A stretch of DNA of 64,000 bases from Lama guanicoe (Eukaryota), in assembly GCA_013239625.1 (NCBI GenBank), contig MU053810.1, forward strand, positions 4,744,071 to 4,808,070, in the 5' to 3' direction. Of this stretch, positions 52,420 to 64,000 are shown piece by piece. A model generated the notes under the pieces. It was not told the DNA's origin. It searched no databases and worked only from the letters and a program-made list of their open reading frames with translations. Numbering within the stretch: the stretch's first letter is position 1; every line of letters starts with the position of its first letter. The position numbers and the translations under genes are program-made.

Positions 52420-52469
52420 CGAGAAAATGATGAAAACTGCAGCCAGTAAGAACCACACAGATGGTGCAG
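52420..52469 (+). CDS. KIAA1217: KIAA1217 short coding exon (about exon 8), (S)EKMMKTAASKNHTDGA(G)
   Basis: Acceptor ctctctttcttttattcag|C, donor GCAG|gtaagt; 50 nt, phase 2 to 1, bridges the neighbouring exons in frame. Confidence 0.92.
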
Positions 52470-53711
52470 GTAAGTGTTCTTCGGAGCAGCGGGAGGCCAG
52501 GAGGCTGCCTTTGATGCACCCGGCTTGCTTCCAGACCTATTAATCTCTCCCTAAGTCATCTGGGATAACTCACCACTCCACCACGCCTTCCCCACGTTAT
52601 GCTGTGCAATTCCAGATGAGTCATTAATTCAGGGGGCCTGATCCCCTTCAGTCCTCTCCCTTTAGTCCTCATTGGTTTATTCATTTATTCATTTATTCAT
52701 TTATGAAGCCATAAATCCAACAAATACCTCGTCTCGGGCAAGAACAGTGGGCATCACTCAGACAGGGCTGCCTACCTCCTAATCGCATGCAGAAGATGGA
52801 TCTGGGACGGGTAATTGTGCATGTGTGTTGAGTGTTCAGAAAAAGTGCAGGATGCATATTTAACCAACAGGTCTAGCCTCCACCAAGGGCATTTCCCTGA
52901 GGAAGTAACACAAACGGAGGCCAAAAGGATGGGGTGTGGGGAGAAGCCATCCAGGTAGGGAGCAGAGCCAGTGCAGATGCCCTGGTGAGGAATTTAGTTA
53001 TTATTCTGAGTGCAGAGGGAAGCCGTTGGAAGGTTCTACACTGAGGGCCTCAGCCCAGCTGCAGTATGTGACTGGTTGAGAAGGGGCAAGAGCTGATAGG
53101 GGGCCATCAGGGGTCCAGGCAGGAACAGGTGTCCTTGAACCTGGGCCTCCTTTTAGATGCCAGCACCTCCTCCCCCAACCAGGAAGCCTCAGTTATATTT
53201 CCTGTGGACTTTCCTGGTATCCAGGTTTCTTGGATGTAGATCTTACCCTGCAGGCTCAAGGTGGGCCTCTGTCAAGAATATGAAGTCTTCCTTTCCATTG
53301 GGTTAGAAGTAGAAATCGTTACCAGGGACGTGTTTGGCTACGGAATTACTTAGGAAGCACATGGCAAGTTGGGTGAAACCCCTCATTTGGGGAAGCCACA
53401 GAGTGTGGTGCCACGTGGTGGAGAGAACAGAACTGAGGACTTAAGTTGAGACATCTGTTTGTTGGTGCTGGTTCTGCACGAAGTTGAGGTGCTTCAGCTG
53501 TAAAGCCAGCAGGGCTGGTCTTCCAGCCTGCCCAGTCCTCCTGGAATTTGTTGGTTTACTTAGAAATCATTCAGTGACCTTGGCTGCGGCCAGAGAATTA
53601 TTTCATGGAAATTGCTGAACCTGTCTTCAGAGGAGTTGCCAGTTTGCTTTGGAGATATGTATTCATTTATTTTCTGATCTGTTATGAACTCATGGGGGGA
53701 AAGGGGCCCTT

Positions 53712-54295
53712 ACTGAACTCATAGAAACAAAGTGGAATGGTTTTGCCAGGGCCTGGGGGTGGAGGACATGGGCGATGTTGGCCGAAAAGCACAAACTTCC
53801 AGTTAGAAGGTGAATAAGTTCTGGGGACCAGAATGTACTGATTATAGATAACAATATTGCACTATATACTTGAAAGCTGCCAGTAGAGAATAGATCTTAA
53901 ATATTCTCACCACAGGAAAGAAATGGAAATTATGTGACGGGATGGGATGGGCGCATTAGGAAGGTAGTAATGCAACATGTAAATGTATCAAATCAACACA
54001 CTGTGCACTTTGAAGTTACACTTTACACAGTGTTATATGTCAATTATATCTAATACAGATAAACAACAAGTTTATACTGTGCAGCACAGGGAACTATATC
54101 CAATATCTTGTAGTCACCTATGGTGAAAAAGAATATGAAAACAAATATATGTATGTTCATGTATGACTGAAGCATTATGCTGTACACCAGAAACCGACAC
54201 AACATTGTAAACTGACTGTACTTCAATAAAAATATATATATATAAAATATATCATGGGCCAGCAAAAAAAAAAAATTATATCTAATGAAGTTGGG
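53712..54295 (+). mobile_element. Old L1 3' end (L1MA/MB-like) containing a younger L1 3' tip at about 54055-54273
   Basis: Outer: aactcatagaaacaaagtggaatgg...agatcttaaatattctcaccaca...tgttatatgtcaattatatct; inner: ataaacaacaagtttatactg...tcaataaaa; TSD aattatatctaat at 54042-54054 and 54274-54286. Confidence 0.88.
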
Positions 54296-54348
54296 GGGAG
54301 AAATGAAGCTACCAAACACTAAAGCATTCCTCTGGATTCTATTCTAGA

Positions 54349-54422
54349 AATAATAATAATAATTATTATTATTATTGTTGTTGTTGTTGTTGTTGTTGTT
54401 GTAATTACAATTATTATTATTT
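54349..54422. repeat. Compound (AAT)n(TAT)n(TGT)n microsatellite, followed by a MIR fragment (about 54425-54560)
   Basis: Read directly from the sequence. Confidence 0.9.
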
Positions 54423-57330
54423 CAGGAAGCATTTAGAGAGTGTTTCCTAAGTGCCAGGCACTGTTCTGAGTGCTTTTTCACGCATGGACTCGTTAACTCC
54501 TGACGCAGCCTCATGGGATGGGTACTCTCATTATTCCCATGTTCCAGATGTGGAAACTGAACACACATCCATACACATGTGACACCATCAACGTGCTCCA
54601 TCAACCTGTCATTGTATCTCATCTTTTCGTGTTAAGGAGTCCCAGCTCCTTTAAAGAAACGTAGGTTGTTTCATTTCTCTGTTTTGAACAACTTTGCAAG
54701 TATCCTTTTTGAAGCATGGGGGAAGGAGCAGGCATAATTTCTTTGGGATGCATTGCCCCAGGTGGAATCAGTAAGTCCAAAGGGACGAAAAGCTGAGTAG
54801 CACTGGCGACACATTGCCAGTTTTCACTTCGGAAAGGCTGAGCCAATTTGCAGTGCCACCGGCAACATGCACGTGTGTTTGCTCCCCTGCGTCTCTGCTG
54901 GGTTTGGTCTTTCTCATACTAATGTGTCAGGGCTACATGTGGTCCACAGGGCTTTCGTTGCCATAGCAGCCTTGTACAGTGTGCAAAATATATTAATTCT
55001 TCCAGAATCTTAGGAAGTGAGCGACAAGAACTATTACTGCTGTTCTGTAGACAAGGATGCAGAATTATGTCAAGGCGCTCATTTGGCCAAGGGTACGTGA
55101 GAAAGGGAAACCCAGCCTTCCTTTTCCTTTTGGAATATTTGGCTTACCGTGGATATAAGAGAACAGAAGGAGCCTCCCATTTCCAAGGCGTACCATGTGT
55201 TTTAGTGTATTATGCCATTTAATCACATAACCCAAGGAAGATGTTAGCCACAGAGCTGGTAGGTTTCACAGCCAGTCTGGCCAGCCCCCAAACCCATGTT
55301 ATTTCAATCGCAAAAGGACATATTAAATTCCCATCAAATTTGTATGTAGTAAGACTACATCAAGGTGTACCCCGACTGAAGTAAATTACCTATGAGCAGA
55401 CCTGGCAGGAGGAAGAACAGGCCATGAGGTGCACAGAAGGGGTGTTACGGGGACCACTGCACCAAATAGGACAAGCTGGTGCAGTGTCATCTTTGTTGGA
55501 GAAGTACCTTAAGGAAATGACGTTGTGTGATGTGAGTGTGTGCGCGCATGCGTGCATATTAAAGAAAAACTTTTGGTTTATTGTTCTCCCCTGAGAACAC
55601 TTGATCCGAGGTGCTGTGTTAACTCAGACATGCTGCTGTTATCGGAAACGTCTCTGCACATCCTTTCACTGAGGACCTTCACAGTTGGAGAACACTCTTT
55701 GGGGACAATTGCAGGGATGCCAAATCCTGCTCTTCTGAGGGTGATTTTGATTCTGGTGGAAGGGAGTGGTAATGGCCCAAAGTTGGTCAGAGGCACAACT
55801 GGTGATGACAGGAGTGGCCAGTTGGGCTTACAAAGATAACTGAAGGCTCCCTGTCTGTCCGCTGGGGCTTGCTCTCCAAGGGGGCCATGATTGCTGGGAG
55901 ACCGGTTCTGTGGGGATGGGCACCCAAGGAGGAGGAATCTAGGGTTTCATCAGCTCTCTGTTGGCATTGCTGGGACCAAGCAAGTAAGCAGAGAATTTGG
56001 GGGCAGTCCTCGCTCACTGGCACAGCCCCCCATAGCCACAGCAGTTGCTCAGCCAGGCCTGCAAGGCTGTGTGTTCTGGGAAAGGAAAGAAGGAAGAGGG
56101 GCCGCTACTTTGTAATAACTCCAGGTGCACAAAGCAACAAAAGGGTTCTGTCCTGCTAGGTCAGCCTGGACTCTTGCAAACCTTCCACTTTGTATCTTAT
56201 AGGAAAGAGCTGAAACAGGACTTCCGATGTGTGTGTATGTGTATACGTGTGTGTTTGTGTGTATGGATGTGTGTAAATGTGTGTTTGTGTATGTGTATAT
56301 GTGGGTATGTGTTGCAGATTTCTTTGTCTACTCCTCTGCTTGCAACCTGCTCCTTAAAATTGTGTTGCCCTAAAAAGGAGAGAGCATCTCCTTTTGATTC
56401 CCACCCCCTGCTGATCCTGTGACTGCTACTCGGGACCCTTTTGGGGGCATTTTTAAAGCAAACTTGCTCAGATCAGGCCCTGCCCAGATGGATTTGGGAA
56501 ATACATGAGGATTGTTCAAGTTGGACTCAGGAAGCAAAGTTTATGGCAGCGACAAAACTTTGGGAAGAGTTTAGGAAGAGTTTCATTCTGCTGCCTTTTT
56601 TGATTCTTCTCCTAAAGAATATTCACTTCATGCATGATTTTTTTCACCCAAAGAGGTGTGCAGAGGTCTGGAAACCTGAAGGGATTCAGGAGAGTACCCA
56701 GTTGTTACTAGTTTCCACTTGGTGCTCAGCCAGATCTCTGCCCAGAACTAAAGGTGCATGTTCTTGGCATAAATCTGCCTGCTGGGAGCAGTCACATTTG
56801 CACCCTGTGTTGGGGCCCAGAGTTTTAAAATTCTTTTTTCTATTGTAAAATTATATTACTATACAGATTCACAAGTACAAAAAGTAGTAATATAAAAACA
56901 TAAAACTCAAAGAATACCACCAGGTAGAGTTACTGTTAACACTTTGTCATATATACATTTATCTTTTCTCTATGCAAATCTGTGTGTTTATTAAAGAACC
57001 TGCATGGATGGATAGACAGACAGACAGATAGCTTCCTTAATAAGACGTCATGCTGTACATCCTGCTCTGTGATCTGCCTTCCTATAGCACCAGACTTCTA
57101 GAACATGACATTTACAGACTGCATATTATAACATTGCATCACCGTTCCATAATTTATTTAAACCCATTTCCTTCTTTTGGCCCTTTAGAGAAAACTAACA
57201 TCATTTAAAAAAATTTTTTTTTCACAGTGAAGGAAAGGCATTTTCAGGGTTATCAGTCATCTTTGCTGGGATGGGGCTCACAGCTTCGACTTTCCTTTCT
57301 GCCATTCTCAGGGCTGCTCTTTTCTCATAG

Positions 57331-57497
57331 GAACGCCCCAAGTTCCCGGCGGGAAGACTCTCGGCGCCCTGGAGTCCTCAGGGACACCCAGCCAGCTCCC
57401 GCCTGCCAGCGCCTCTGCCGTCCATCTGAGCCTGCTGGACATGAGGCGGAGTGTGGCCGAACTCAGGCTCCAGCTCCAGCAGATGCGACAGCTCCAG
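57331..57497 (+). CDS. KIAA1217: KIAA1217 coding exon (about exon 9), (G)TPQVPGGKTLGALESSGTPSQLPPASASAVHLSLLDMRRSVAELRLQLQQMRQLQ, start of a coiled coil
   Basis: Acceptor ctcttttctcatag|GA, donor CTCCAG|gtacag; 167 nt, phase 1 to 0; open frame with heptad pattern LRLQLQQMRQLQ. Confidence 0.93.
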
Positions 57498-59229
57498 GTA
57501 CAGGCCCTGTCCCCTGTGGACAGCGTCCTCTGACTTAGCTGCCCAAAGTCAGCTTTCTCCTCCTCCCATCCGCCTCCTCCCACATCCCTAGCCCCACAGA
57601 ATCTTCCCGGGCTTCATCCACCGTCCTTTCACTGGGATAAGTGAGGACCAGGATGCAGGCACCATGATGTCCTGGTTTCCTCTCTTGCACACACTCTTTC
57701 TCTAGAGCCTTCTGCTGCAATGATAATTTATCTATACCCTCTTCTTTAAGCTGTGCGCGCTTTTGCACATGAAAAAACCATTAAGCATCTGGTTTTTGGA
57801 GGAGAGCTAAAGGGGAGGAGCCCCGTGGAGCACTCGAACAGCCAGTTATGACTTCCTGCTTAATGGTGTTTGGCTCTTTGCTTTTCCTCAGTGAGCATGT
57901 GCAAAGGTGCTGTAGGCAGCAAAGGGTTTTTTGGGGTTTTTTTGTTTTTGTTTTTTTGCAAGGAACCATGATGCATTTAGAAGTAGGAGTTTGGCTCAGA
58001 GGATGAATTCAGAAGGAAAAGAAGCCATCATGGCTGATTTGAGAAAAACATCTGCATTTTATTTGGATGCTGTGTGTGTGTTTCACAATATTCTCCTTAC
58101 CTTTTTCCCGTTGTTGAGGAATATGTGAACTACACGGCAATCAGAGGGCAGGGGAAAGTGAGCCTTCATGTCACAAATCCTGGTGAACAAATCCCATAAA
58201 TCTGACGAGGCGGGATAACGTGTGTCCCAGTTCAGCGCAATAAGGAACTGGGGGAGTGTATCTCTTCATGAGATTGTATGTCTGTTTCTTCGTGAGTCAG
58301 CCTCACGCCTCCCTGCCTTTGGTGGCAGGTTAGTCATTAAGGATGTAGTGCTGGCTTGTACTGTGCCCAGGCATCCTCCTTGACTTGGAGATGCTCATAG
58401 TCCAGATGTTGGTAAAAGGCAGACCCACCCAGGAGCCCAGAGCAGCCACACAGGTGCCCAGAGCAGCCACACAGGTGTGGCATTCTCAGTGGGATGCAGG
58501 CTCTGGTGCCCGTGAGTCCATTGAGGAAATGGCTTCAAACCGCAGCTGCTTTCCCCCTTCAATTCACTGAGACATGTGCCCTGAATTTTTCACCGCCTAA
58601 TTAAAGCTAAGAAGGTGAATTCCTCTTGCCCTGTACCTACAGCAGGGAGGGGAGCCTGAGAGCTGGCCCTGAGGCCCCATCGCAGATCACACTGCCCAGA
58701 TCTCCAAAAGCTACTGTCAGGCAACATCCCACACTCCTCGGACATCTCATGCAAATTCACTTAAATCCTCTTCTGAACCATGTCACCCAGGAAGTGCCCC
58801 CTCCTGTATAATTGCTTCTCCTTGTTTTGCAATTTGAAAGACACTTTGCAGTGAAATAGTGTACAGGTTGGGCCGAGGGTGTGTGCAGAGTGACCAAGTC
58901 CAATGCCCACAGTGTCCAGGCGGTAACTTAACGAGTGAGTGGATGAGGGACAATGGTGAGTTGGCTCCTCTAAAGGACAGTCACCCCTCAGCTCCAGGTA
59001 GCTCTTAATCAGGTGGAAGAGGCCAGTGTTTCTAGGTGTTTGAATATTTCAGGAGAATCTGGAAATAGATGTTTCATATGAAGTATCTGTAGTCATTCTA
59101 AAAATACTGAAAAGTAATTTAAAAATCAGTAATTTCATACTCTGCAGGCCAGAGAGGGTCTTTGGGCTCCCAGCTTCTTACCTGGGGATTTTGGAGGTTA
59201 AACCCCCATCTCACGCCACTCCTGCCTTT

Positions 59230-59248
59230 TAGTGCCACCTGCTGGCCA
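59230..59248 (-). promoter_or_regulatory. Consensus CTCF binding motif
   Basis: Minus strand reads TGGCCAGCAGGTGGCACTA, matching the core CCASYAGRKGGCRS at every position. Confidence 0.65.
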
Positions 59249-60258
59249 TTTGGAAATTGTGCGCTCCTAGGTGGGCGCACAAATCTTTCTGAAAGTGTCG
59301 TTTATATAGGACTACCTACTGCTTTCAAAAGCGAGCATTTGTTGGTGTGGGGGTGGAGATGGAATGGCTGTAAATACCACACCTCCCCTGAAGTGTGGTG
59401 AATTTGATACCCAGGCGGCGATGTGTGGGCTGTGGCATCACCCTGCCCGGGGCTGGCCGGGAGGGAGGGGTCTCCCACAACTTGCCACTCCTTGTAACCC
59501 TTGAACTGAGGAGGCTCAGCTGCAGAATCATAGCTTCTCAAACAAAGCGGCTCTCCAGTCCAGTGTGGGACACTCCCTTAACCACACAAGTTCCTTTATT
59601 GCCCTGAAGCTGGTCAGCTTTCTGGGTTTTTGGAGGAAAGAACAGAGCAGGTGTGCTCTTGAGCTCAGGCTTTGGTGCAGGTCTCAAGCGCAGACGTGCG
59701 GGGAAAGGGGGTGCTTTGTTTCCTAGCCTGGCTGCTCTTGTTTCTGCCCCAGTCTCTGTATCCTCTGTACCCCAATCTGCTTTCAGGGGGAGTCTACTTA
59801 AGACAAAACCAGTTTGGAATAATGAAGCCGTCTCAGCACATGCATTATACACCAGAAGTGAAATGCAACCCCAAAGTAATTGTAAGCCCAATGGCAGAGC
59901 TACCATCAGAGACCTACGGAACTCCGGGAGAGTCTCAAAAGAACCAAAATTGAAGTAGAAATTCAGATGTTCTTTGAACTGTGTTACAAAATAGTGAAAA
60001 CGAATGAGTCTTTCTGTGCTTGGCAGCCGGCTCCAGTAATTAGATAATTAAATCAACGGGAAAATCCTAGACTGTAAAGCACATCCTATTTGAGCATTTC
60101 ATGTGCAGGATTGATGGATTATTCTCAGAAGTAGAAATTTGATGCAGACACAGTGGGGTGGGTGGATTTAAATAGGGGAGAAAATGTGGAGGGAGATGAA
60201 GGACAGCCTGAGAAGATGATCAAGGTTATTAAACTTCCCTGCTCTCCGGTCTCCCATG

Positions 60259-60420
60259 CAGTGTTACCCTAAGGGACCCATTCTTAACCCCGGGAGAATC
60301 ACCTGAGGCCCTTCATAGAAATAGTGATACCTGAACACCACCGCCAGAGTCTGACTTTGTTGGTGTGGATCAAGAGCCAGGCACTAGTGGTTCTAGAATG
60401 TTCCAGGGTGAGAACTGCTG
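60259..60420. mobile_element. MER5-like hAT MITE (degenerate)
   Basis: gaatcacctgagg...ccagagtctgact...ccagggtgagaactgctg. Confidence 0.6.
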
Positions 60421-61879
60421 TTCTCAGATACTGTGAACACTCAGTCCATAGTCCAAGAGATGCCTCTTGGAAATTGAGCTCTCAGTCAGCTATTAGAAGG
60501 AGAGAAGCAGAAACACCCTGTAAGCATGAAAAACACACTTAGTGACTTCAAAGCCCAGACGCTAAATATGTGCCTCATTCCCAGTGGCTAATCAGACGTG
60601 TTCTCTGCTTAGTCATAACTGACACCAGAGCCATATGGACCCTTTATTTTGTTATGTTCCCGCCCCCAGGTAAGAACTGCACCACAGTTAGCTGGCAGCA
60701 ATGGAAAAAGAGACAGGTGAAGGTCTTACATCTAACAAATGGACGCTTCAAAAGACGATCGTCTTTGTCTATTACCTTTTCTAATATGATTTAGGGAAGA
60801 AAAAAAAAAGTGATGAGCTACATCTTTTTTTTTTTCCCCAAAATGCCACAATACTTGGATTTTACCAGGGTCACTGAGTATCCACCAAAGTGGCTGCAGT
60901 TCTGTCCCTCTCTGTGGGTTGAGGGGAGAGAGAACTTTCTGGAAGAGATGGTTCAAGTTCCGTGGGGGCCAGATGAGACTTGGCATGAAGAGAGAACAGC
61001 TAGGTCCTACATCTCTAGTTCCCACAGTTTTTTTCTTGGTCCTTTATCTCCTTCTGCTTCCTGATAAATTGAAAAGTTGGATTATTTCTGAACTTAGTGT
61101 TCCATTTTTAAGACTACTGAGAATCCACTGTGTCTTCCCAAGAGAGGGAGGAGGTAAAACAGCAACATAAAATAGAAACATAGCAGTACACAGAGCCTTA
61201 GTATTTGAGATGATATAATTCAGTACCGTTGTCTTAAGGTGTCTTTTTATAAGCTAGTGCCTCACAGAAATGCACCAGAGTCTCATTTATCTTCTGACAT
61301 TAAAAATAACGGTCATGGGAAAGTGTATCCCTGAGAAAAGCATGCAAGAGGAGTGTTTTCCCCTAGCAGGCAGGAATAATAAATGGGACCAGCACAGGAC
61401 TTGACAATCAGGCTGCCAGACAATGTACCAAGCCCTCAACAGACCTGCACACAGGGGCTGTCTAAGATGGGGTAACATCTCCCAGATAACATGTGGTTGT
61501 GAACAGGCATCTTATTCCTTGTTCCCTCAGCCTGGGGAGTTAACCCAAGTGGTCAGGAGTCATTCTGGGGTAGGGCTGTCATCGTGAAACTTCCTGATTG
61601 GTGGCACCACCGCTGTTCACTGTCACTGCTGAACAGCAAAATCAGTTCAATTAAACTGGCAAGACTGATAGACGTTACCTAAGAAATCAAGATGAGTATG
61701 TGAGGGACATGTCCATTTTGAGGTGGGTGGAATTAGGTTTAGGCCGTTTACTATCTTCTCAATGAAGCTGATATGGATAACTTATTTGGTCCAATTCAGC
61801 TTTTAATAGCCAAGAACGTTATTTCTGTTAGAATATTTTTATAAAAACGTCAAGGCATGGCATTTACAATAAACTTAGT

Positions 61880-64000
61880 TTCCAGAGGAGAAGGGATCAA
61901 TGCCACCGTACTTGCCTTCCTACCACTGACAGCTAGAACACTGCAAAATAAATAAATGTATGAAACAACTCTATTCAGATATTGGACAACAGACAGCACA
62001 GGAGTGTGATCCTTAGAAGAATGGAAAGAAAGGAGGTGACACATATAAATGCCTCAGCTTTCTGTCTGGGGACAGTTTTTAGATCGTGATGCAGAGAGGC
62101 ATAACCCAAACAGAGCACTGACCATCCAACTGAGTTGAGGATAAAGAGTTGAAGAAGCTAGAATTTTTGGAGTGAGTACCGAGTAAGAGGCAGCTCTGTG
62201 GAGAAAGAATGATGTAAATCTGTGGATCTCTTGTCGACTAATAAGCCAGGCATGTGTACTGTGAAAGACCACTAAGCCAGGCACAAAGTGGGAGGCTGCA
62301 AGCTAAGAAATTCCCAGAACTCACACCGGGCAGGGAGATGTTTTTGTCTTGACCAGCAAGAGTAAAGAGGTTTTATTGATTCCCCGGGGCATTCAGTGGT
62401 GATCAGAGAAGGGCTATGCTTCAGTCTTAGGACTAAACTAGCCTTAGAGTAAAGGCTATTCACTCTGAAAGCTTAAACACAAGCTTCCAAAAAAATAAAA
62501 ATGATCCACAAGGAACTGAACTGTCTGCCAAAGCCAGTCCAAAATCTGTAAAGGAAAAAAAACAAAATCCAGTATTCCATGTCCAGCATCCAGTCAAAAG
62601 TTACTAGACATGTGACGATGCTGAAGAATGTGACCCATAACCTTAAGAAAAATCTGTCATTGGAAACCAATCAGAAATGACAGAGATCATGGGATCACCA
62701 GCAAGAGCTTTTTTAACAGCTAGGATAATTCTCAAGGATTCAAAGAGAAACATGAACACAATGAGACCGAAAATAGGAGATGTTAAAAGTATCTAAGTGG
62801 AGCTTTCAAGAGCTGAAAAACACAACATCTGAACAGACTTAATGGAATGCTAGTCACAGCTGAAACAAAATATCAGTCAGCTTGAAAACATAGCATTCCA
62901 GGTATCCAAACTGAAGGATAGAGAAGAAAAAGGCTGTTCAGAAAATGAACTGAAACTTAATGATTTTTGGAACAATATTAGGTGGTCAAAAGGGGAAGAG
63001 AAAATTACTAGAAGAAATAATGGCTGAAATTTTTCCAAGTTTGATGAAAGCTCTATATCCACAGACCAAAAAAAGTCAGTAAACTCCTAGGATAAGCAGT
63101 AATGGAACCACACTAAAGCATGTTGTAATCAACGTGCTAAAAACCAAGGAGAAAGAGATACATCTTACAAGCAGCTAGAGGGAAGTGGGGGGACACATTA
63201 CATACAAAGAACCATAGATAAGAACACTGAAAAACAAAACAAAAAAATTCACTCTAACTTCTCCTCAGAGACCAGACAGAAGTTAAGTAAAAAAATAATG
63301 GAATGACAGCTTTAAACCACTGAAATTAAAAAGCTCCTTCAGAAAATAGAGGACACTTCTCAACTCATTTTATGAAGGCAGCATTACACTAAAAGCAAAA
63401 CCAGTCAAAGGTATTAAAAGAAAGCCACAGACCAATATGCCTCATGAAAATATATGCAAGAAAACTTTAATAAAATATTAGCAATTGAATCCAGCAGTTT
63501 TAAAAAAGGATCATACGTTATCCTGGATTTTATCCCAGAAGTCCAAGACTGTTTTAGTATGAAAAAAAAAAAGAATCAATGTATTTGAACTTTCAGCAGA
63601 ATAAAGGAGAAAAATCATATTTCAACAAATGCAGAAAAAAGTAACAAAATTCAATACCAATGATAAAAAACACTCAGTGCTCTTGTAATAGAAGGAAATG
63701 CCCTTAACCTGATAAAGGGTGTTGGAAAATTCTACAGAAAGCATTATAGTTAATGGTAAAACACGACCATACTCCCTACAAAGTCAGGACCAAGGCCAAA
63801 GAAGCCGCCTGTCACTTCTGCTTAACTCTGCACTGAATGTCCCTGCAAGCACAGGAAGGCTAGAAAAGGAAAGAAAAGGCGTATGGATGGGAAAGTTAAA
63901 AGTGTAATTGGCATTACTCACAAGTGACTTTGCAGTCGTGATTGTGTACCTATCAAACCAAAAACATGCTCTCAGAAATAAATGAATGTGAGCAAGATCA
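61880..64000 (+). mobile_element. Ancient degraded L1M (L1MC/MD-like): 5' region, ORF1 and ORF2 remnants, running off the window end
   Basis: A-rich strand; ORF1-like gaagaaataatggctgaaatttttccaagtttgatgaaa; ORF2-like caactcattttatgaaggcagcattacact...aaaaccag and ccttaacctgataaaggg; many stops and deletions. Confidence 0.85.

Noticed and set aside
57227..57538. 103-aa + strand ORF over the last exon
   Set aside because: Wrong frame; the real exon frame (GTPQVPGG...QMRQLQ) is fixed by splice phase.
1..64000. CRISPR array, operon, prophage or other prokaryote-type novel system; miRNA or snoRNA genes
   Set aside because: The sequence is a mammalian intron-exon region with no regularly spaced repeat-spacer array or dense ORF cluster. 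I recognised no small RNA gene; an Infernal/Rfam scan would be needed to exclude one.

Overview
This is mammalian genomic DNA covering the internal part of KIAA1217 (SKT, sickle tail; paralogue of SRCIN1/p140Cap) on the + strand. Five coding exons are supported by GT-AG sites and continuous reading phase: 1977-2070, 32467-33299, 51807-51911, 52420-52469 and 57331-57497. From memory these are roughly human exons 5-9; the gene start and end lie outside the window. The rest is intron rich in old mammalian repeats (L1, L2, MIR, MLT1, MER) plus seven copies of a tRNA-Ala-derived SINE resembling camelid Vic-1, which suggests a camel/alpaca/llama genome. Almost all other ORF-track entries look spurious. 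I found no convincing new biological system. The best leads are candidate internal first exons splicing onto an exon that begins with ATG, a candidate poison/cassette exon, inverted SINE/L1 pairs around the 833-nt exon (possible circRNA with a junction-crossing ORF), a consensus CTCF site, and nested or transduced retroelements. Repeat subfamily names and boundaries are by eye and approximate.
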